In this document: piece after piece, positions 53,601 through 64,000 of the stretch
Numbering within the stretch: the first letter of the stretch is position 1
How the letters are laid out: the number at the start of each line of letters is the position of its first letter
The notes under the pieces: generated by a model
Told to the model about the DNA's origin: nothing
Seen by the model: the letters and a program-made list of their open reading frames with translations, nothing else
The model's database searches: none
Translations under genes and position numbers: made by a program
Assembly (NCBI RefSeq): GCF_036971445.1
Contig: NC_091480.1
Coordinates: 61,754,001-61,818,000, forward strand
Direction: 5' to 3'
Length of the DNA stretch: 64,000 bases
Source: Narcine bancroftii
Lineage: Eukaryota

Positions 53601-55496
53601 TATAGAAAAAGAATTAGCAATAAAGGAAGATACAACTAAAAGAAGAGAATTGGCAGACAAAAAAATAAAATATGAAACACTACAAACATGTAAGGTGAAG
53701 AAGAACATAATGAAGACAAAACAGAAATATTATGAACTAGGAGAAAAAAACGCACAAAATTCTAGCGTGGCATCTTAAGACAGAACAAACTAAAAGAATG
53801 GTATTGGGATTAAGGAAAAGGACAAGCAAATTACATATAATCCAATGGAGATCAATGAAAACTTCAGGGAATTCTACGAGCAACTATATCAAACTGAAAA
53901 CGAAGGGAAAGAAGACAAAATAGATGAATTTCTAACTAAAATTGAACTACCGAAATTACAAACAGAGGAGCAAAATAAATTAATAAAACCATTTGAAATA
54001 GAAGAATTACAGGAGATAATAAAAAAACTAACGAACAATAAAACACCAGGAGAGGATGGATTCCCAATAGAATTTTATAAAACATTTAAAGATTTATTAA
54101 TTCCTCCCCTCCTGGAAGTAATCAACCAGATTGATAAAACACAAAGCTTACCAGATTCATGTAAAACAGCAATAATTACAGTAATACCAAAGACAGGGAA
54201 AGATCCACTTCCACCAGCGTCATATAGACCAATATCTTTACTTAACACAGATTTTAAGATAATAGCTAAACTATTAGCAAACAGATTAGCCGACTATGTT
54301 CCAAAAATAGTAAATCTAGACCAAACTGGATTTATTAAAAAAAGACGAACAACAGACAATATCTGTAAATTTAATAACTGAATTCATGCAGTACAAGGAA
54401 ATAAAACTCCAACAGTAGCGATTTCTTTAGAAGCAGAGAAGGCCTTTGACAGAGTAGAATGGAATTATTTATTCAAAGTACTACAAAAATTCAGCTTACC
54501 AGAGAAATATATTAATTGGATTAAAACATTATATAAGGGGCCATTGGCGAAAGTGACAGTAAATGGATGTATATCAAAACAATTTAACTTAAGCAGATCA
54601 ACAAGGCAGGGATGCCCACTATCTCCCTCACTGTTCGCGTTAGCTATAGAACCACTAGCAGAACTGATAAGAACAGAAAATAAAATAAAAGGGATAAAAA
54701 TAAAAGACAAGGAATATAAAATCAGTTTATTTGCAGATGACGTTATAGTATACTTAACAGAACCAGAAATATCAATAAAAGAATTACATAAGAAATTGAA
54801 GGAATATGGAGAAGTGTCGGGATACAAGATCAACGCAAATAAAAGTGAAGCAATGCCAATGAATAATGCAGATTTCTCAAAGTTTAAGAAAGAATCGCCA
54901 TTTAGATGGCAAACGCAAGCAATGCGATACCTAGGTACACAACTGAATAAAAACCTCAGCCAACTATATAAACACGATTACCATCAATTAATGAAAAAAT
55001 TACAAGACGACTTAGAGCATTGGAAAGACTTACCACTAACACTTATAGGAAGGATAAACTGTATTAAAATGAACATTTTCCCAAGGATACAATACCTATT
55101 TCAGTCATTACCAATACACCTAACAGAGAAATTTTTCAAGGAGTTAAAGAAAATAATAAGGAAATTTTTATGGAAAGGGGGGAAACCGAGGATAGCACTA
55201 GATAAATTAACAGAATGGTACAAACAAGGAAGCTTACAACGACCAAACTTTAAAAATTATTATAGAGCCGCACAATTAAGATACCTATCAGATTTTTATC
55301 AAACAAGGGAAAAACCAGATTGGACCAGATTACAACTAGATAAAATAGGGGGGAAGATACCTGAACATACACTATATAAATGGGATGAAAAATTGGTACA
55401 ATGTAGGAATTCACCGGTATTGCATCATCTGCTCAACATTTGGAAGAAGATTCATGTAGAAAGGAATAAAACAAATTACCAACTACCAAAACTAAT
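50697..55496 (+). mobile_element. L1 copy C: 5' UTR, ORF1 (50822-52192), spacer, ORF2 EN+RT (~52640-55496), several stops and frameshifts
   Basis: Motifs VQETH, GGDFN, SDHSP, YRPISLLN, RQGCPLSP and LFADD. Ends at NYQLPKLI. Confidence 0.95.
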
Positions 55497-57437
55497 ATAT
55501 TTTTTTATTTTTCACATGATAAACCATATTGATGAAGTTACATACATTTTCCTTCTTAAATATATACAGTATCGTTTTCTCCCCCTTCCCTCCTCCCCTC
55601 CCTCCCTCCCTCACCTTCCCTCCCATTTATTTAAAGTTCAGAATATAAGATACATTAAACCCGTCAAACAATGTTGTCACTCAATAAAAATAAACAAGAA
55701 ATTCCACTGAGTCAGTTCTTTTCATTCTCTTCTCCTTCTGTCATTTTAGGTGGTAGATGTCCACGGTAGGTTTTCTCAATTGTGTTTCATGTATGGCTCC
55801 CATATTTGTTCAAATATTGTAATGTTATTTCTTAAATTATAGGTTATTTTTTCTAATGGAATACATTTATTCATTTCTATATACCATTGTTGTATTCTCA
55901 AGTTATCTTCTAATTTCCAGGTTGACATAATACATTTTTTTGCTACAGCTAGGGCTATCATAATAAATCTTTTTTGTGCTCCATCCAAATTGAGTCCAAA
56001 TTCTTTGTCTTTTATGTTACTTAGGACGAAGATCTCTGGGTTTTTTGGTATATTGTTTTTTGTGATTTTATTTAATATCTGGTTTAGATCTTCCCAAAAA
56101 TTTTCCACTTTCTCACATGTCCAGATTGCATGAATTGTTGTTCCCATTTCCTTTTTACACCGAAGTCATCTGTCAGATACTGTTGGGTCCCATTTATTTA
56201 ACTTTTGAGGTGTAATGTATAGCCTGTGTATCCAGTTATATTGTATCATACGTAACCTCGTGTTTATTGTATTTCTCATAGTTCCTGAGCATAACTTCTC
56301 CCATGTTTCCTTCTTTATCTTTATGTTTAAATCTTGTTCCCATTTTTGTTTAGTTTTACCATTTGTTTCCTCATTCTCCTTTTCTTGTAGTTTAATATAC
56401 ATGTTTGTTACAAATTTTTTGATTATCATTGTGTCTGTAATCACATATTCAAAATTACTTCCCTCTGGTATCCTCAGACTGCCTCCCAATTTGTCCTTCA
56501 AGTAGGATTTCAGTTGGTAGTATGCCAACACTGTATCGTGAGTTATATTATATTTATCCTTCATTTGTTCAAAGGACAATAATTTATTTCCCGAAAAACA
56601 ATTTTCTATTCTTTTGATCCCTTTTTTCTCCCATTCTCTAAAGGAAAGGTTATCTATTGTAAAAGGGATTAGCTGATTTTGCGTCAGTATTAGTTTTGGT
56701 AGTTGGTAATTTGTTTTATTCCTTTCTACATGAATCTTCTTCCAAATGTTTAGCAGATGATGCAATACTGGAGAATTCCTACGTTGTACCAATTTTTCAT
56801 CCCATTTATATAATATATGTTCAGGTATCTTCTCCCCCATTTTATCTAGTTCTAATCTGTTCCAATCTGGCTTTTCCCTTGTTTGATTAAAATCTGATAG
56901 GTATCTTAATTGTGTGGCTCTATAATAATTTTTAAAGTTTGGTAGTTGTAAGCCTCCTTGTTTATACCATTCTGTTAATTTATCTAGTGCTATCCTCGGT
57001 TTCCCCCCTTTCCATAAAAATTTCCTTATTATTTTCTTTAACTCCTTGAAGAATTTCTTTGTTAAGCGTATTGGTAATGCCTGAAATAGGTATTGTATCC
57101 TTGGGAAAATGTTCATTTTAATACAGTTTATCCTTCCTATCAGTGTTAGTGGTAAGTCTTTCCAATGCTCTAAGTCGTCCTGTAATTTTTTCATTAGTGG
57201 ATAATAATTGAGTTTATATAGATGGCCGAGGTTTTTATTTAGTTGTATACCTAGGTATCGCATTGCTTGTGTTTGCCATCTGAATGGTGATTCCTTCTTA
57301 AATTTTGAGAAATTCGCATTATTCATTGGCATTGCTTCACTTTTATTTGTGTTAATTTTGTACCCTGACACTTCTCCATATTCGTTCAATTTCCTATGTA
57401 ATTCTTTTATTGATATTTCTGGTTCTGCTAAGTATAC
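55497..57437 (-). mobile_element. L1 copy D: ORF2 from YLAEP to the end, 3' UTR and tail
   Basis: ORFs 56166-57488 and 55776-56147. The tail abuts copy C. Confidence 0.93.
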
Positions 57438-58018
57438 AACAATGGTATATAGAAATGAATAAATGTATTCCATTAGAAAAAATAACATATAATTTAAGAA
57501 ATAATATTACAATATTTGAACAAATATGGGAGCCATACATGAAACATAATAGAGAAAACCTACCGGGGACATCTACCACCTAAAATGACAGAAGGAGCAG
57601 AGAATGAAAAGAACTGACTCAGTGGAATTTCTTGTTTGTTTTTATTGAGTGACAACATTGTTTGACAGGTTTAATGTATCCTATTTTCTGAACTTTAAAT
57701 GAATGGGAGGGGAGGTAGGGAGGGAGGGGGGTGAGGAGGGAAGTGGGGGAGAAAACGACACTGTATATATTTAAGAAGAAGAATGTATGTAACTTGATCA
57801 ATATGGTTTATAGTGTGAAAAATAAAAAAATTAAAAAATTAAAATTAGTTTTGGTGGAGGAGTCACGTGATGGAGTAGTGGCCAGTCGGGGAACTCCAGC
57901 CCTCTCTGGAAAAGGAAAAAAAAGACAGTGAAAAAACAAAGGCACAAACACAAAAACCAAAATAAAGTGAAAGTAAAGGTGTGGAGAAAATGGCAGCGAA
58001 GAAAGAAAAGCCAAAAGC
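57438..58018 (+). repeat. ~580-bp near-identical duplicate of 50281-50859 (B 3' end / 12-mer / C 5' end junction)
   Basis: Colinear match by eye, including the shared features GGAGCAGAGAATG and TGGCCAGTCGGGG. Confidence 0.92.
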
Positions 58019-59472
58019 TTTTCCCCTACTGGCCACTACTCCATCACGTGACTCCTCCCGAACGAATCTTTAATCCATCAAAATAAATCTGCAAGAAATC
58101 GCACTTGTTTCCATTTGCATTTTGTGTCGATAGCTTCTTTTTGAAATTGACCTGGAGGCATTGAAAATTTCAATTTAAGAAGTAAGAGATGATTTGGTGT
58201 AAGTGCCTTGATGTCATTTGAAGTGACAGAAATGTTTAGTTATTGGTCGACTATTTAAAATAGCTTTGATCTCGCACAAAATTGTCTGAAGCTCATCATC
58301 ATTCAGTATTTGACCATTTAAAATGGAATTAAGAATTTTCCTGACTGATCTAATCATTCTTTTCCACACACCTCCATGATGTGATCCTGTGGGTGGGTTA
58401 AGTATCCAATTAACATCACAATTTTAGCATCATTCTTAGGTAAGCAAACATCTTTTAGATGATCCCACTGTTAGATATCATCCTGATAGGGAATATTCTC
58501 CTTAATCATAGGCATAGTCTTTTGAGTATATACACTTGGAAGATCGCAAATTTCATTGCTGTTTAATCCAACAATCTGTAAAGCAGAAACTATATTAGTT
58601 TCAAGATTCTTTTCATCATTCATTGTCTTCAACAAGATCTACGGTACTTCCTGGATCAAGAAATGCGTAGGTCTTCAGTATGAAGCTTCCCTTTTTTAGT
58701 TTTAACCTGTACAGGAACTATTGAGAGAGCTTTTTCACCGGACCTAGTAAGACTGTTTGTCTGAACCGAAGCTGAGGCATTCTCTTTGACTATGTCTTTA
58801 GTCTTGGATTCTGTTTGACTTCTTTCTCAACTTTACTTGGATGAATATGCAGTAACTTGGGATGTTTTAAACTGCCTATATCACAACTGAGTCAGTTATT
58901 ACAAGTTTTACTAATGTGTCCTTTACACAGGGAACCAAAACCTATTCCATTCTTCTTTAAAAAAAAGTTATTTTCTCGTCGTATGACTTTTTCTCCAATC
59001 ATGAACATTTTTCTAAAGTATGCTTATCTTTGCAATACAAACAGCTTTCCTGAACAGTCTGATCTTTTTCCATTGTTTCCTTGTTCTTTCTTGTGCTTGT
59101 ATCTGACACAGCAGTAACAAAGGCACTTCTCTTTGGTTTCTGTTGAGATGATGATTTAGACTTCTTTACATCTTTAGGAACTATTGAAGTATCCTTAATA
59201 TTTCCAAATACTGGTATGGTTAAACGTGCACATGCCATTCCAAAAATTGTACAACATCCTCAAAAGTGGCATCCTTTCCGGGAAGCATCTTAAGCTCTGC
59301 CACCTTGGTTCTCCATGTCCTTCATCTTACAAGGTAATTTATTGACAATAATTGACAAATTAGCAAGAAAATTCAGCAGCTCTTGCAAATGTCCACCACT
59401 TCCCATTGTGTTACACCATCCTCTCAGAAAGAGAGCATGTGCTTGTAAAGCCTTTGCGTCCTCTGATTTTAT

Positions 59473-61168
59473 TGAGAGCAGAAAATATGCAGCCTGCTGG
59501 CTCAGTGGATCGGTTGATCAACTGGTTTTGAATGAAAAGGAATGTAAGGACAAGAAGGATGAGGAACCTGAAACACAAGGATGTGATGTGTTACATTCCC
59601 TTCCTCCACCTTATGCTCCTCCTCCTATGCCGGCTCCTATCTTTCCCCTCTCTCCTATGCTCTACCTTTCTTCACCTTCCCCTCCTCCCCCACAGCTAAA
59701 GGAGAAGAAAGTAGGGGTGGTATGATGAGCCATCCACAAAGTACTAGATTACCACCTCAATTGACAAGAGAGGGAGGAGACTTTGATTCAGAACAGTGTG
59801 AGAGCCTCCGGGGGGGAAGGGCAGAACCCTTTGATTTATTTCCCGGAGAGCAGGAACCTAGACATTATAAGCCAGAAATTAACTGGATGAGACCTCTACG
59901 GGAAGTTCCCATGGGAGGGGGTCTCAGTTTCGTAAATGTGCCCCTGACTAGTACGGAGGTGCGTAACTTTAAGAGGGAAATTACCTCCCTGATAGAGGAT
60001 CCTCAGGGATGTGCCGAACAATTAGATCAATTTTTGGGACCAAATATATATACATGGGATGAGTTAACATCGATCTTTAGGGCTCTGTTCACTTTGGATG
60101 AACGTGGAATGATTCGCCAGGCAGGGATTAGAGTCTGGGATAGGGAACACCAAGGGGGACTAGAGGCGATACCTGGGGAACTTAAATTCCCCCTGGCAAA
60201 ACCAAATTGGGATAAGAATACTAATGATGGTCGCACATTAATGGAGGAATATAGGGTTAATCTGATAAAAGAAATCAAGGAATCTGTTCCAAAGGGACAG
60301 AATTTTAAGAAAGCATTTGAGGTTCCCCAAGGTCCCGAGGAGACCCCCTCTACATTTCTGAATAGATTGCGTACGGCCATACAGCAATATGGGGGTCTGG
60401 ATATAGAATCTCCAGCAGGTGAACAATTGGTATTAACGGGCTTCGTTACAAACTCAGCCCCAGACATTAAAAGGAAATTGCAGAAGACTGAGAATTGGCA
60501 TGAGCAGGGAATAACACAGCTTCTACAGATTGCACAAAGGGCATATGTACAGAGGTCTGAGGATAAACAGAAAGGAAAGGCTAAGATTTTGATGCAGGCA
60601 GTCAAGGAAGTCGTGGAGGGACAGCAAGGAAAGGGTAGGGACTGTGTGCCAGCTCCTGGATGTTGGGAGGAGTGCCAGGAGTGGGGAAGTAGAGACCAGA
60701 GCAGAGGCAGGGGTTGAGGAGAATTCCGGGGACGACGACCATTTCCGGGACCCCGTGGAGACCCTGGTAGTAATTAGGAAACAGGAGCATTAGTTTGCTA
60801 CCATTGTAAAAAGGAGGGTAATTTTAAGAAAGAATGCCCAATGCGAGCCAGGGAGATGCGATTTTACGCCCTGATGGAAGCAGATTATGAATAGGGGGGG
60901 TCACTGTTCTCAGTCAATACACACCGTGGGGCTGCACGGAGAACCATTGGTAAATTTAAGCATAGGACCCCACAGTGACAAGATGACCTTTTGAGTAGAT
61001 TCTGGGGCAGCCCGGTCTAGTATTTTACAACCACCCGAGGGTGTTAAGATAGAGGGGTCAGTGATGATTTCGGGAGTCGGAGGAAGAGATTTTATGGTCC
61101 CTGTATTAAGGGATGTAAGAATACAAATGGGAGAAAAGATAATAACAGAGGATATTTTACTAGTTGGG
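59473..61168 (+). mobile_element. Endogenous retrovirus fragment, gamma/epsilon-like gag-pro
   Basis: PPPY late motif (~59603-59614). Capsid ORF 59722-60717 with MHR-like QGPEETPSTFLNRL. In-frame knuckle CYHCKKEGNFKKEC (60796-60837). gag TAG at 60892-60894 followed by GGGGGG. Protease VDSGA (~60995-61009). Confidence 0.88.
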
Positions 61169-61229
61169 TGAGCCCCAATATGTATGTGTATAAATGTTCT
61201 TTGTTCTCAATTTTTGTCTCGAGCAATTT

Positions 61230-64000
61230 CATAACATAACATAACAATTACAGCATGGAAACAGGCCATTAGGCCCTTCTAGTCCGCACCGAACCAAACA
61301 CCCCTTTCTAGTCCCACCTCCCTGCACAATGCCCATAACCCTCCATCTTCTTCTCATCCATATACCTGTCCAACCTTTTCTTAAATAATACAATTGACTC
61401 TGCCGCCACTATTTCTCCCGGAAGATGATTCCACACAGCTACCACTCTCTGAGTAAAGAAGTTCCCCCTCATGTTACCTCTAAACCTCTGCCCCTTAATT
61501 CTTAACTCATGACCTCTTGTTTTAATCTTTCCTCCTCTTAACGGAAATAGTCTATCCACATCCATTCTGTCTATCCCTTTCATAATCTTAAATACTTCTA
61601 TCAAATCCCCTCTCAACCTTCTACGCTCCAAAGAATAAAGACCCAATCTGTCCAATCTCTCCCCATACTCCAGATGCTTAAACCCAGGCAACATTCTGGT
61701 AAACCTTCTCTGCACTCTCTCCACTCTGTTTATATCCTTCCTATAATTAGGCGACCGGAACTGCACACAGAACTCCAAATTAGGCCGCACCAACGTCTTA
61801 TACAATCTCAACATCACCTCCCAACTCCTATATTCCATGCAATGATTGATAAAGGCCAGCATACTAAAAGCCTTCTTCACCACCCTATTCACGTGAGTTT
61901 CTACCTTCAGGGAACGATGTACCGTTACTCCTAAATCTTTCTGCTCTTCTGTATTCCTCAATGCTCTCCCATTTACCACATATGTCCTATTCTGATTCTT
62001 CTTACCAAAATGAAGCACCTCACACTTATCAGCATTAAATTCCATCTGCCATTTTTCAGCCCACTTTTCTAAGCAGCCCAAATCCCTCTGCAATCCTTGA
62101 AAACCTTCTTCATTATCCACTATTCCACCTATCTTAGTATCGTCTGCATATTTACCAATCCAATTCACCACCCCATCATCTAGATCATTAATGTATATAA
62201 CGAACAACAATGGGCCCAATACAGATCCTTGAGGCACACCACTGGTCACCGGCCTCCAACCTGACAGACAATTATCCACTACCACTCTCTGGCCTCTCCC
62301 TTTCAGCCAATGTTCAATCCATTGGACTATCTTAAAATTTATACCTAAAGACTGCACCTTCCTAACTAACCTTCCATGTGGTACCTTATCGAAGGCCTTA
62401 CTGAAGTCCATATAGACAACATCCACTGCACTACCCTCATCCTCATTCCTAGTCACCTCTTCAAAAAATTCAATCAGATTGGTCAAACATGACCTTCCTC
62501 CCACAAATCCATGTTGAGTGCTCCTGATCAGACCCTGTCTATCCAGATGTTTATAAGTACTATCTCTAAGAATTTTCTCCATTAATTTACCTACCACAGA
62601 CGTCAAACTTACAGGCCGATAGTTGCCAGGCTTCCTCCTTGAACCCTTTTTAAAGAACGGAACCACATGCGCAATGCGCCAATCCTCTGGCACTATCCCC
62701 ATATCTAATGACATTTGGAAAATTACCGCCAGAGCCTCTGCTATTTCCTCCTTCACTTCTCTCAATGTCCTGGGGAAGATCCCGTCTGGTCCCGGAGACT
62801 TATCCACCTTTATATTCTTCAAAAGCCTTAAAACTACACCTTTTGTAATCTCTATATTCCCCATATTTACCCAATTTGCTTTTTTTATCCCACATCTCCC
62901 AATATCCTTCTCCTTAGTGAATACCGAAGAAAAGAAAATGTTCAATATCTCCCCCATTTCTCTAGGCTCCACACAGTTTTCCATTCTGATTTTCTAAGGG
63001 ACCAATTTTGTCTCTAGCTTTCCTCTTACCATTAACATATTTGTAGAACTCTTTTGGATTAGTTTTCACCCTGCTTGCCATAGTTTTCTCGTACCTTCTT
63101 TTAGCTTTCCTAATTCCTCTCTTAAGATTCCTCTTACATTCAATGTATCTTTCAAACATCTCCTTAACTCCATGCTTCTTATATCTAATGTACGCCTCCC
63201 TTTTTCTTCGAACCAAGTTTCCAATATTCCTTGAAAACCACGGCTCTCTCAAACCTTTTGCCCCTCCTTTTAACCTAACAGGAACATAAAGCTTTTGCAC
63301 TCTCAAAATCTGATCTTTAAAAGACTTCCATCTCTCTACTACATCCTGCCCATAAAACAAATTGTCCCAATGCACACCCTGCAAGTCCTTTCGCATCTCC
63401 TCAAATCTAGCTTTTCCCCAATCAAAAACCTCAATCCTTGGCCCTGATTTCTCTCTTTCCATAATGACATTGAAGCTGATGGCATTATGATCACTGGACC
63501 CGAAGTGCTCGCCAACACTAACCTCCGTCACTTGACCCATCCCATTTGCCAACAGTAGATCTAACACTGCTCCTTCTCTGGTCGGCACCTCTACATATTG
63601 TTGTAAAAAACTATCTTGCACACATTTCACAAACTCTAACCCATCCAGTCCTTTCACAGAATGTGTTTCCCAATCTATATGTGGAAAATTAAAATCTCCC
63701 ATAATTACAACCCTGTGCTTATCACAAATATCTACTATCTCCCTACAGATTTGCTCCTCTAGGTCTCGGTCCCCTCCGGGTGGTCTATAATACACCCCTA
63801 CAAGTGTAACCTCTCCTTTCCTACTCCTCAGTTCCACCCAAATAGCCTCCGTGGATGTGCCCTCTAATCTATCCTTCCTAGGCACCGCTGTAATATTTTC
63901 CCTGACAAGCAATGCAACCCCACCTCCTCTTGCCCCTCCGACTCTATCACACCTAAAACAACGAAACCCAGGGATATTCAGTTGCCAATCACATCCCTCC
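61230..64000 (-). mobile_element. Young CR1 LINE, ORF2 (EN+RT) nearly intact, runs off the window end
   Basis: ORFs 62962-63912 (GDFN, SDH) and 61308-62984 (YRPVSLTS, DFSKAFD, QGSVLGP, YADD), separated by one frameshift. (TTATG)n tail at 61230-61246. Confidence 0.97.

Larger units (their letters stand above)
47787..58057. mobile_element. Compound L1 locus (outer copy A on - strand with nested and rearranged copies B, C, D)
   Basis: One TSD CCGAACGAATCTTT (47773-47786, 58058-58071). A 3' end at 47787-48984 (-) and A 5' end at 58019-58057 (-). Confidence 0.95.
47300..59472 (-). mobile_element. BEL/Pao LTR retrotransposon remnant (58072-59472 and ~47300-47786), internally deleted and split by the L1 compound
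   Basis: Minus strand: IKSEDAKALQAHALFLRG (gag), CLYCKDKHTLEKC and further Cys/His knuckles, protease YAFLDPGST, WKQVRFLADLF, VRQVWIKTKTSYLNRPSTKICLL*. PPT TTAGGGGGCAGAA (47608-47620) is followed by LTR start TGTAAAG at 47607. The far end of the LTR is approximate. Confidence 0.85.

Overview
Vertebrate genomic DNA. The repeat content (V-SINEs, abundant CR1, Penelope, a 47-bp CTCTGTGTCTGACCCCGGGAGTGTGTGATGGGAC satellite) points to a cartilaginous fish, probably a ray or skate; that assignment is an inference. There are two host genes, both on the + strand. The first is the terminal coding exon of a PIP4K2C-like kinase (7527-7607). The second is a complete DDX23/PRP28 spliceosomal DEAD-box helicase: 16 coding exons at 15927-44539, 808 aa, all GT-AG with consistent phases, plus a probable promoter and non-coding exon 1 at about 11419-11505. 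The rest is transposable elements and tandem repeats: a four-layer nest (CR1 > Tc1 IR/DR > Rex1 > L1), several young copies of one L1 family, a Gypsy-type solo LTR, a BEL/Pao remnant, a gamma/epsilon-like ERV gag-pro fragment, a near-intact CR1, Penelope and MITEs. Three observations stand out. (1) A minisatellite of about 28 units grew out of a DDX23 exon/donor junction, giving about 24 tandem AG|GT sites behind an in-frame stop, in the gene whose product proofreads 5' splice sites. (2) A 10.3-kb L1-in-L1 compound lies inside one TSD, and four of its junctions fall on the same 12-mer of L1 ORF2. (3) One L1 is 5'-intact but 3'-truncated, yet carries a poly(A) tail and TSD. All calls were made by eye; no database search was run.
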